A DNA stretch of 64,000 bases, taken from assembly GCA_963817685.1 (NCBI GenBank), contig CAWFPN010000010.1:2852-66851 (forward strand), written 5' to 3'. Numbering within the stretch: position 1 is the first letter of the stretch; every line of letters begins with the position of its first letter. A program made the position numbers and the translations under genes. Below, piece after piece: positions 44,794 to 54,782 of the stretch. Source of the DNA: an uncultured Verrucomicrobiae bacterium (GTDB taxonomy: Bacteria; Verrucomicrobiota; Verrucomicrobiia; Palsa-1439). The notes beneath the pieces were generated by a model. It was not told where the DNA came from. It saw nothing but the letters and a program-made list of their open reading frames with translations, and ran no database searches.

Positions 44794-47700
44794 ATGTCAA
44801 ACCCAAATCAAAAAGAACCACAATCCGGCGGCTTGGCCCAATTCTGTGTCGAGCACCGGGAAGTGAGCTGGCTGGCGCTGATAGCGGTGTTACTGTGGGG
44901 TGGCATTGCGTACACCAAACTCGGCCAGCAGGAAGACCCGACGATTCCGCAACGCACAGCGATGCTGGTCACGGCGTTCCCGGGCGCGACGGCTTCGAAA
45001 GTGGAGGAACTTGTTTCCAAGCCGCTCGAACGAAAGATCAGCGAGCTGAAATCCATCGAGGAGATCAAGACCGAGTCGCGTCCCGGTATCTCCACGCTGA
45101 TCATCAAACAGCTTCCCGCTCCCACGGCCACCATCGACGAGGAGTGGGACAAGCTGCGTGCCAAGCTCCTGGAAGTGTCGCTGCCGGAGGGCGCGCGCAT
45201 GCCGTGGCTGAACACCGATTTCGGCAATACGATCACGATGTTGTTCGCCATCACGAGTCCGCCGATCAGCGATGCCGAGTGCGTGGCGCGCGCGAATCTT
45301 TTGCGCGACCAACTCGCGGAGTTGCGCGCCGGAGCACCCTCCACGAACCGCGCGGTTGTGGCCGTCTATTTTCCGCCGTCCATTGATCAGAATTACCGGG
45401 AAGTGCTCCTCGGCCGATTCGAGACGGCGATTCGCGCGGCCGGCTTAGCCAAACACGTGCGGACGGTGCAAGGGCATGCGTTCATTCTGGCTGACTTGGA
45501 AACGTCCGCCAGCCGGGCTGACTTGGAGAAGGTCATCGCCGATTTTACGCGACAGGTAACCGGCACCGACCGGGAATTGTATCACCCGGATTTCACCGCG
45601 CCGATCTTACTGATGGGCGACGAAGACCCGTTGCCGCAAATTCGCGCGTCTGCTCCGCCGCGGTACAGTTACAAGACGCTCGAATTGCTGGCGCGCGATT
45701 TCGAGGATGAGCTGAAGCAGGTGGACAGCGTCGGCAAAGTCACCAAGATCGGCATTGTGCCGGAAACGGTGTACCTGCTGTATTCGGATGCCAATCTGGC
45801 CGGCTATGGATTGACGCCGGAGATGATCATGAATTCGATCAGCGCGCGCAACGCCGTGATTCCCGGCGGCACGGTCCGCACGGAAGGCCACAACTTCCCG
45901 GTGCAACTCTCCGGCGAATACAAAACCGAGCACGACATGCTCGGCACAATCGTCGGCCTGAGCCGGCAAGGCGCGCCGGTGTATCTGCGCGACGTTTTTG
46001 AAGTTCGGCGCATGTACGAGTCGCCAATTCCATACAAGGTGGACGTGCTCACTCGTGACGGCGACAAACTCGATACGCGCCGGTCGGTGATGGTGGCCGT
46101 CGAGATGCGCGACGGCAAAATCATCCGCCACTTCAACCGCGATGTCTGGAAGGTGGCGGACGCGATGAAAGCCCGCAGCCCAGAAGGCATCGAGTTCCAG
46201 TTGCTCTCCGACCAGCCGACCGCCGTCGCGCATCGCATCCATCACTTCGTGCGCTGCTTCATCGAGGCGGTCGTGATCGTGATTATTGTGTCACTGTTTC
46301 TGATGGACTGGCGTTCGTCGCTGGTACTGGCGGCGGCGATTCCACTTACCGTCGCGATTACGCTGATCGGCATGCAGATGTTGGACATTCCGCTGCAGCA
46401 AATTTCCATCGCCGCGCTGATCATCGCGCTGGGCGTACTGGTGGATGTGCCGGTCGTGGCTGCGGACGGCATAAACCGCGAACTGCATCTGGGCGAGCCG
46501 CGGTTGCGGGCGGCGTGGCTTGGGCCACTGCATCTCCGGCATCCGATGCTGTTTGCCACGTTGATCAATATCTTCTCCTTCCTGCCGCTGCTGATGCTCA
46601 GTGGCGACAAGGGCGCGTTCATGAAGAGCTTGCCAGCCGTGGTCAGTATTTCGCTGATGGCAGCGTTCCTGGTCTCGATCACCTTCACGCCGCTGATCAG
46701 CTACTACGTGCTGCGGGGCCAAAAAGGCTTCGACGAAGGCGGCGAGGTCAGGTCATTCTTCCTCTTCCGGTATGTGGATAAGGCGCTCATGGCTGTCTTG
46801 CCGCGGTACAAAGCCGCGTTGGAAGGCTCGCTCAAGCGTCCGTTTCTGGTGCTGGGAACTGGCTATGCGCTGCTGGCGGCGAGTCTGCTGCTCGTGCCGT
46901 TCCTCGGCAGTCAATTTTTCCCGCCGGCCGAGCGCAACCAGTTGTTGGTGGATATCGAAACGCCTTCCACCGATTCGCTGACCAGCCTGCGGACGACGGT
47001 GGACCAAGCGGTGAACATTATTAAAACCCATGAGGAAGTCGCCAGCGCCGCAGTGTTTACCGGCGGCACTGCGCCGCGGTTTTACTACAACGTCGAGCCA
47101 AAGGCACCGGCCAACTATCTCGCGCAGATTCTCATCAACACGCGCGACGAGCACGAAGTCAAACCCTTGCTCGTGAAGTTGCGCGAGGATCTGGACACGA
47201 AAGTGCCCGGCGCGCGATGCGTGGTCAAGGAACTCGAACAAGGCCCGCCCGTCAAAGAGCCGATCCAGATCCGCATCAGCGGCGAGAACCTCGACAAACT
47301 GCGCGGCTACGCCGACCAGACCGCCGCCGCGCTCCGCGCCGCCGGTGGGTATCACGTGTTCGACGACCTCGGCCTGCGCATGCCGAACATCGAGATCGAG
47401 ATTGATCAAGACCGCGCAAATTCGCTGGGCGTGAACAACGACCAGATCGGCAAAGCGACGCTCGCATCGTTTAGCGGCTTGAAAGTCACGGAACTGCGCG
47501 AGGGCGACCGGCTGATCCCGGTGCTGATTCGCGGCCGCATCGAAGACCGCAGCGAAGCGGAAAAGATTCGCGGGCTGTACGTGCCGATCGCCAACGGCAA
47601 GAGCGTGCCCTTCGAGAGTTTCTCCAAGCTCACCATCACAGCCGGAGTTCGTCACGATTCCGCACTACAACCAGCTTCGCACGGTCACGGTCAAATCGTA

Positions 47701-48319
47701 CGCGCCGTTTGGTGTGTTGCCGTCCGAGATTTTGGATCGCGCCCGACCCGCGTTGGCGAAGATCAAACTCGATCCCGGCTACGAAATGAAGTTTGCCGGC
47801 GAGGACAAGGAATTGCGCGAGAACAAGGCGGAGATGTCGTTGGTCATGCAGGTGTGTCTCGCGCTGATTGCGTTCACGATGGTGTTGCAATTCCGGTCCG
47901 TCATCAAATCCGTGGTGGTCATGCTGACCGTGCCGCTGGCACTGATCGGCGCATTGCTCGGACTGGCGATTACCGGCTCGCCGCTGGGATTCATGGCGAT
48001 GCTGGCGATGGTCAGCCTGGTCGGCGTCATGGTCAGTCACATCATCGTGCTCAGCGATTACATCGAGGAAGCGCGGGCGCAGGGCTTGCCGCTGGAGCAG
48101 GCGCTGGTGAAGGCGGGTCTGGCGCGCTTGCGACCGGTATTGGTGACCGTGCTCGCGACCGTCGGCGGACTGATTCCGCTGTTTCTGACCGGCGGCGCGC
48201 TCTGGCATCCGTTGACGGCGGTGCACATTGTTGGCCTGCTGCTGGCCACGGTAATGACGCTGCTGATGTTACCGACGCTCTACTACGTCTTCTGCGCCAA
48301 ACTGAAATTGATCAAATAA
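44794..48319 (+). pseudogene. RND (AcrB/HAE-type) efflux permease, with one frame change near 47636-47642
   Basis: About 950 aa in frame 1 end FESFSKLTIT. The continuation QPEFVTIPHYNQLRTVTVKSYAPFGVLPSEILDRA...VMLTVPLALIGALLGL...PTLYYVF is in the +1 frame (listed ORF 47714..48319). The context atcacagccg is compatible with loss of a CA from a CACA run. The span is 3526 nt (3n+1). Confidence 0.8.
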
Positions 48320-48329
48320 GGGTCACATC

Positions 48330-49813
48330 ATGAATTCATCTCTTCTCAAACTGCCGTTTTGGCTGGTCGCCGCGCTGACACTGACCGGGTGCGCCGTTGG
48401 CCCGAACTACCGGCGTCCCGCGGTGAATGCGCCGGCCGGTTTCCGCGACGCCGCCGGCCCTGTCTCCACCAACTCGTTGGCCGACCTGCCGTGGTGGGGC
48501 GTATTCAAGGACCCGGTGCTCCAAGACCTCGTTCGCGAGGCGCTCACCAACAACTATGACCTTCGCATCACCCTTACCCGGGTGGACCAGGCCCACGCGC
48601 TGCAGGAGCAGGCACTCTCTCAGTTCCTGCCGGAGGTTGACTACGAGGGCGAGGCCAACCGGGGCCGGAATGAATTATCTCAGCACGCCTTCTCCAAATG
48701 GCGGTAAGACCATGAATAGCTACCTGGCCGGCTTTGAAGTGCTTTGGGAGATCGACCTCTGGGGTCGCGTCCGCCGGATGAACGAGGCCGCGCGCGCGAA
48801 CTTCATGGCCTCGCAGGAGGGCCGGCGAGAGGTCATGATCTCCGTGGTCAGCGGCGTTGCGCGGGGCCTATTTCGAGTTGCTGGAACTGGACGACCAGCT
48901 TGCGATTGCCCAGCGCACCAGGGATTCCTACGAGCGGACATCAAACTCTTCAATGACCAGCATGCCGCCGGCCTGGCATCCAAGCTTGAGGTTTCCCGCG
49001 CCGAACTCGCACTGCGTTCGGTCACGGCGACCATCCCGGAAATCGAACGCCAAATTGCCCTCAAGGAAGACGAAATCAACACGCTCCTTGGACGCAACCC
49101 CGGCCCTGTCGAGCGCACCTCGACCCTGCTGGCGCAGGAGATGCCGGTGGAAATCCCGGTCGGACTGCCTTCGAGTTTGCTGGAGCGGCGGCCCGACGTT
49201 CGCGAGGCCGAGCAACAGGTCCGCGCCGCGAACGCGGAAATCGGCGTGGCCGTCGGAGACTTTTTCCCGCGCATCGGCCTGACAAGCTTTTACGGCGGCA
49301 CGAGCACCGACTTCGACAACTTGTTGAAGAGCGGCGCAAACATCTGGTCGGCGGCCGCGACCGCCGCTGGGCCGGTGTTTACCGGCGGCCGATTAACCGG
49401 CCATTACCGGCAAACCAAAGCTGGCTTGGGAAGAAACAAAGCTTCGTTACCAACAAACCGCCCTCAGCGCCTTCCGCGAGGTGTCCGATGCGCTTATCTC
49501 CCACCGCCGATACGAAGACGAGCGAGTCGAGCAAACCCAAGCCGTCGATGCCGGGCGCGATGCTGTGGAGTTGGCGACGGCGCGTTACAAAGAAGGCAAG
49601 GCCAGCTACTACGAGGTTCTCGAGGCGCAGCAGCAACTCTACCCCGCCGAAAACACCCTGTCGCGGATCGAAGCCGCGCGCCGGCTCACGGTCGTACAAC
49701 TTTACAAAGCCCTCGGCGGCGGCTGGTCGCTCAAGGATGGCGAGTGGTCCAAAGCAAGCGTCGCAGCATCATCTGCCGGGGAGACCGGCGCCGGAGGGAA
49801 TCTAAAGCCATGA
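48330..49813 (+). pseudogene. Outer-membrane factor lipoprotein (NodT/TolC family) with four frame changes
   Basis: Lipobox LTLTGCAVGPNYRRP. Homologous segments sit in frames 0, 1, 2, 1, 2, with switches near 48670-48705, 48863-48866 (GGGG run), 48938-48941 and 49419-49425. Diagnostic pieces: WEIDLWGRVRR, YFELLELDDQLAIAQRT, KLFNDQHAAGLASKLEV, WEETKLRYQQTALSAFREVSDAL, VQLYKALGGGW. Confidence 0.8.
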
Positions 49814-50052
49814 CAACAACCAACCGCGCAGTTTCCTGTTTTGTCTGTGGGACAGATGTCCGTGACGGATGGTTTGCCGATATGAATACCGGCCATCAAA
49901 CGATGTTCCTGTGCAGCGCCATGTGTGCGCGGATGTTTTTTGAAGTTGAACCGCCTCCCGCCCACGATCACCGGGCGCGCCACAACTTTCAGCGCGCGCG
50001 TGCGGCGATCCTTGATGCTGCGTACAGCGCAATGAGGGAGGCAAATTCATGA
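49810..50052 (+). CDS. Small TRASH/YHS-like Cys4 metal-binding protein
   Basis: The ATG overlaps the OMF stop. CFVCG-x21-CSAMC follows the C-x2-C-x21-C-x3-C spacing. Confidence 0.45.
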   Translation: MTTTNRAVSCFVCGTDVRDGWFADMNTGHQTMFLCSAMCARMFFEVEPPPAHDHRARHNFQRARAAILDAAYSAMREANS

Positions 50053-50135
50053 CCTGGTCGTGGCCAAAAGGAACTATCGACGTATGAAGAAGCCCGAACT
50101 GATTTGTCGAGCTGAGATGTAGAGGTATTATCACC

Positions 50136-50306
50136 ATGAAAACAACGAAGCTTTTGCTATTGGGGCTGGCCCTGATATTCATGTCAGGATGTGCCGCATT
50201 TGAGACCGCCCCAAAAGACGTGGAACAGAAGCTCACTCATCCATTGGACGGTCATCTGTACGTTCCCAATTCTGTGAACAACCCCCCAAAACTAGCGGCG
50301 TACTAA
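50136..50306 (+). CDS. Small lipoprotein (56 aa; below the ORF-track cutoff)
   Basis: Own translation: MKTTKLLLLGLALIFMSGCAAFETAPKDVEQKLTHPLDGHLYVPNSVNNPPKLAAY*, with a lipobox. Confidence 0.45.
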   Translation: MKTTKLLLLGLALIFMSGCAAFETAPKDVEQKLTHPLDGHLYVPNSVNNPPKLAAY

Positions 50307-50331
50307 TTGATGGTATCGAGCGAAGCCAGTC

Positions 50332-50598
50332 ATGAAAACCAGCCCCCTGCCAAAGGAAAGTCTCCTCGAACGCTACAACTGCGGGCCGGTTAAATTATCC
50401 TGTGACTCCAACGCTTTTTATGAGCGGCATGTCACGTTCGACCAGGTCGTCGCGGAAACGGAAACTTCCGATCGCGACAAGTACGAGGCCATCGCAGCTC
50501 GCGCAGCCATAAGAACCCAAATGATTCTCGAAGAGGCGAACTGGATGAACCCGTCAGGCGCACAAACGAGGCTATCCAAGCAGGGTAGGAAGGTATGA
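50332..50598 (+). pseudogene. 5' remnant of a glycogen phosphorylase gene (first ~55 codons homologous, then unrelated tail)
   Basis: LLERYNCGPVKLSCDSNAFYERHVTFDQVVAETETSDRDKYEAIA compared with the full glgP LLARYNCGPVKLSGEPNALYERHVAFDQVVPETETSPRDKYEAVA at 54783. Confidence 0.7.
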
Positions 50599-51239
50599 AC
50601 GCAATTACTCAATTCCTGATTGCACACGGCGGTTTGATTTTGTTCGTGATCGCCTTCGCGGAACAGAGCGGCTTACCGCTGCCGGGAGCGCCGTGGCTCG
50701 TGGCGGCGGGCGCTCTGGCGGCGAGCGGAAAGTTTGATCTAATCGCTGGAATCAGCTGGGCGGCGATCGGCTGTGTAGTGGCCGACGCGATTTGGTTTTT
50801 CCTGGGACACCGAGGCAAGGCCCGCGTCTTCCGGGTGTTTCCGCATTTGAACGCGGTGCAGGTCCGGCTTGACCGCGCCACACCCGCCAAAACCGTCCTG
50901 CACGGCACACGCATGCTCACCATGGCGAAATTCCTGCCGTTCGGTACGGTCGTTCCCATGCATGCCGGCGCGTTGGAGGTCGGTCGGCTGCGCTTCTTGC
51001 TTGTGGATGCCTACTGCTCGGTGTTTTACTCGGCTGTGTATGCCGCCTTGGGATTCGCTTTCCACAATCAACTGGAACAGGTCGTGGCATTCCTGCGCAA
51101 GCTCGGCACGGTGTCGTTGGTGGCAATCGTGGTCTTGGCGGGAGGCTACATCGTCTATTCCTTTTTTAAGCACCGCCGGGCGCGACAGCATCCCGAGCCG
51201 GGCAAAGCCCGGGGGAACGCATATGTTCCATGTCTTTGA
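50595..51239 (+). CDS. DedA family inner-membrane protein
   Basis: GGLILFVIAFAEQSGLPLPGAPWLVAAGALA plus further TM segments. Its start overlaps the remnant's stop. Confidence 0.7.
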   Translation: MNAITQFLIAHGGLILFVIAFAEQSGLPLPGAPWLVAAGALAASGKFDLIAGISWAAIGCVVADAIWFFLGHRGKARVFRVFPHLNAVQVRLDRATPAKTVLHGTRMLTMAKFLPFGTVVPMHAGALEVGRLRFLLVDAYCSVFYSAVYAALGFAFHNQLEQVVAFLRKLGTVSLVAIVVLAGGYIVYSFFKHRRARQHPEPGKARGNAYVPCL

Positions 51240-51242
51240 GCG

Positions 51243-52373
51243 ATGAGCGAAACCAAAAACATTCTCGTGCTGAATGCCGGCTCGTCGAGCTTGCGGTTCG
51301 CGGTTTTCGATGAGTCACCGGCGCGCGTTCTCTCCGGCAAATTCGACCGCATCGGATTGCCGAAGTCGATCTTCATGACGCAAACCGAGCGCGCGGAAGT
51401 TCCGGTGGCGAATCACGTTGCGGCTTTGGAGCACTTGATGGAACGACTTGCCGGGATGGATCTCCGCGCCATCGGTCACCGGGTAGTACACGGCGGCGCA
51501 GCCTACCGGCAGCCGCAACGCGTGGACCACGCGATGCTCGCGGAACTGCGGCGCATTCGCGCGTTTGACCCGGAGCATCTTCCCGCAGAAATCGCGCTCA
51601 TGGAACTTCTCGCCGAAAAGTTTCCGGGCGTCCCCCAGATTGCTTGTTTCGACACGGCGTTTCACAGGACCATGCCGCGCGTGGCGCGGTTGCTCCCGAT
51701 CCCGCGCCGGTACGAAGCGCAGGGCGTGCAACGCTACGGCTTTCACGGCTTGTCGTACGAATATTTGCTGTCCCAACCGGCTCTGAACGGCAGAGTCATC
51801 CTCGCGCATCTCGGCAACGGCGCGAGCATGGCGGCGGTGCGCGACGGCCAACCGGTGGACACCACCATGGCGTTTACCCCCGCCGCCGGTCTGGTGATGA
51901 GCACCCGCTCCGGCGATATCGATCCCGGCTTGATCGCATTTCTGGCGCGGAGCGATCACATCACAGCAGCACAATTTACCCGGATGGTGAATCACGAATC
52001 CGGACTGCTGGGCGTTTCCGAAACCAGTTCGGACATGCGCGACTTGCTGGCGCGCGAAAGCAGCGACGTGCGCGCAGCCGAGGCCATCGCGTTGTTTTGC
52101 TATCAGGCGAAGAAATGGATCGGCGCGTACGCCGCCGCGCTCGGCGGACTCGACACCCTCGTGTTTACTGGCGGCATCGGCGAAAACTTGCCGGTGATTC
52201 GCGCCCGTATCTGCGATGGATTGGGTTTTCTCGGAATCGAACTCGACGAACAACAAAATGGCGGCAACGCCGGCATCGTTTCGCGCGGCCGGGTTGCGGT
52301 GCGCGTCATTCGCACCGATGAAGAAATGATGATCGCCCGGTCGGTCGGCAGAGTGTTGGGGGAAAACACATGA
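51243..52373 (+). CDS. ackA: Acetate kinase
   Basis: [25 protein letters not shown], and GFHGLSYEY. Confidence 0.85.
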   Translation: MSETKNILVLNAGSSSLRFAVFDESPARVLSGKFDRIGLPKSIFMTQTERAEVPVANHVAALEHLMERLAGMDLRAIGHRVVHGGAAYRQPQRVDHAMLAELRRIRAFDPEHLPAEIALMELLAEKFPGVPQIACFDTAFHRTMPRVARLLPIPRRYEAQGVQRYGFHGLSYEYLLSQPALNGRVILAHLGNGASMAAVRDGQPVDTTMAFTPAAGLVMSTRSGDIDPGLIAFLARSDHITAAQFTRMVNHESGLLGVSETSSDMRDLLARESSDVRAAEAIALFCYQAKKWIGAYAAALGGLDTLVFTGGIGENLPVIRARICDGLGFLGIELDEQQNGGNAGIVSRGRVAVRVIRTDEEMMIARSVGRVLGENT

Positions 52374-54761
52374 ATAAGGAAATGCGTAAACTCGACGCGT
52401 ACTGGCGCGCGGCAAACTATCTGTCAGTCGGCCAGATTTATCTCTACGACAATCCGCTGCTGAAACAACCGCTGCGGCGCGAGCACATCAAGCCGCGGTT
52501 GCTCGGACATTGGGGCACGACGCCGGGACTCAATTTCATTTACGTCCACCTCAATCGCGTCATCAAAGCGCAAGACTTGAACATGATTTACGTCATCGGC
52601 CCCGGCCATGGCGGGCCGGGCATTGTCGCGAACGCGTATCTCGAGGGCACGTACAGCGAAGTCTATCCGAACATTTCGCAGGACGAAGCCGGCATGAAGA
52701 AGTTGTTCAAACAGTTTTCGTTTCCCGGCGGCATTCCGAGTCACGTCGCGCCCGAAACGCCCGGCTCAATCCACGAAGGCGGCGAACTCGGCTACTCACT
52801 GTCGCACGCGTTTGGCGCGGCGTTCGACAATCCCGATCTCATCGTCGCGTGCGTCGTCGGCGACGGCGAAGCAGAGACCGGCCCGCTCGCCACCGGCTGG
52901 CACGGGAACAAATTTCTCAACCCGGCGCGCGACGGCGCGGTTCTGCCGATCTCTGCATCTCAACGGTTACAAGATCGCGAATCCGTGTTACCTCGCGCGC
53001 ATCCCGCACGACGAATTGCAGAAGCTGTTAGAGGGCTACGGCTACAAACCCTATTTCGTCGAAGGCCACGAGCCGGCGAAGATGCACGAGTTGATGGCGG
53101 CCACCCTCGACAAGGTCACCGCCGACATCAAACAGATTTGGCAGCAAGCCCGGCAACGCGGTTTCAAAACACGGCCGGCATGGCCGATGATTATTTTGCG
53201 GACGCCGAAAGGTTGGACGTGTCCGCCGAAGATTGACGGCCTGAAATGCGAAGACTACTGGCGTTCGCATCAGGTGCCGATGAGCGACATGGACAAGCCC
53301 GGTCACGTCAAAGTGCTCGAACGCTGGATGAAGAGTTACCGGCCCGCGGAGTTGTTCGACGAGACCGGGAAGTTGAAGCCCGAACTCGCCGCGCTCGCGC
53401 CGACCGGCAAGCGTCGCATGAGCGACAACCCGCACGCCAACGGCGGATTGTTGTTGCGCGACCTGAAGATGCCGGATTTCCGCGATTACGCGGTGAATAC
53501 GTCCGCGCCCGGCGCGGCAACTGCCGAGGCGACGCGGGTCATGGGCCGGTTTTTGCGTGACGTGATGAAGCTGAACCTCGACAGCAAGAATTTCCGACTG
53601 TTCAGTCCCGACGAGAACAATTCGAATCGGTGGCAAGACGTGTTGGAAGTCACGAACCGGTGTTACACCGCCGAGATTCTGCCCACCGACGATCATCTCG
53701 CGCCTGACGGCCGGGTGATGGAGGTCTTGAGCGAGCACCAATGTCAAGGCTGGCTCGAGGGCTATCTCTTGACGGGCCGGCACGGGTTCTTCAGTTGCTA
53801 CGAGGCGTTCATCCACATCATCGACTCGATGTTCAACCAGCACGCCAAGTGGCTCAAGGTCTGCCACGAGATTCCTTGGCGCCGGTCCATTGCGTCGCTG
53901 AATTATCTGCTCAGCTCGCATGTCTGGCGGCAGGACCACAACGGTTTCAGCCATCAGGATCCCGGCTTCATCGATCACGTCGTGAACAAAAAGGCCGGCG
54001 TCATCCGCGTCTATCTGCCGCCGGACGCGAACTGCCTGCTGAGCGTGACCGACCATTGCCTGCGCAGCCGCAATTACGTGAACGTCATCGTCGCCGGCAA
54101 GCAACCGGCGCCGGTCTGGCTCACGATGGACGAGGCGATCAAGCATTGCACCGCCGGGCTGGGCATCTGGGAATGGGCCAGCAATGATCGCGGCGGCGAA
54201 CCGGATGTGGTCATGGCTTGTTGCGGCGACGTGCCCACTCTCGAAACGCTGGCGGCAGTGGATTTGCTGCGGCGATACTTGCCGGAGTTGAAGGTGCGCG
54301 TCATCAACGTGGTGGATCTGATGAAGCTCGAATCACCGAGCGAGCATCCGCACGGCCTGAACGACCGGGACTTCGATGCGTTGTTCACCACGGACAAGCC
54401 GATTGTGTTCGCGTTTCACGGTTACCCGTGGCTGATTCACCGGCTAACCTACCGGCGGACAAATCACAAAAATCTTCACGTCCGCGGCTACAAGGAAGAA
54501 GGCACGACCACGACGCCGTTCGACATGTGCGTGCTCAACGACCTCGACCGGTTCCATCTGGTGCGCGACGTCATTGACCGTGTGCCAACACTCGGCGCGC
54601 GGGCGGCCTACGCCAAGCAGGTGATTGACAACGCGCTCATCGAGCATCGCCAATACATTGACGAACACGGCGAAGACATGCCGGCGATTCTCAACTGGAA
54701 ATGGAGCGGAAACGGAACAGGGCGCGCCACCCGGAGTTCGACGGAGGCAGACAACGCGTAA
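52370..54761 (+). pseudogene. xfp: Phosphoketolase (xylulose-5-P/fructose-6-P), with a single extra T at about 52952
   Basis: [35 protein letters not shown], then DGAVLPI|t|[11 protein letters not shown] continues in the +1 frame (listed ORF 52812..54761). The span is 2392 nt (3n+1). Confidence 0.85.
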
Positions 54762-54782
54762 CCAAATACCCGTGCTTGAGGT

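Noticed and set aside
48427-50052. 541-aa ORF spanning the OMF region and beyond
   Set aside because: It is a chimeric open frame. Only parts of it are homologous to OMF proteins; the rest is Arg/Pro-rich out-of-frame read-through, and its last 80 codons are a separate small gene.
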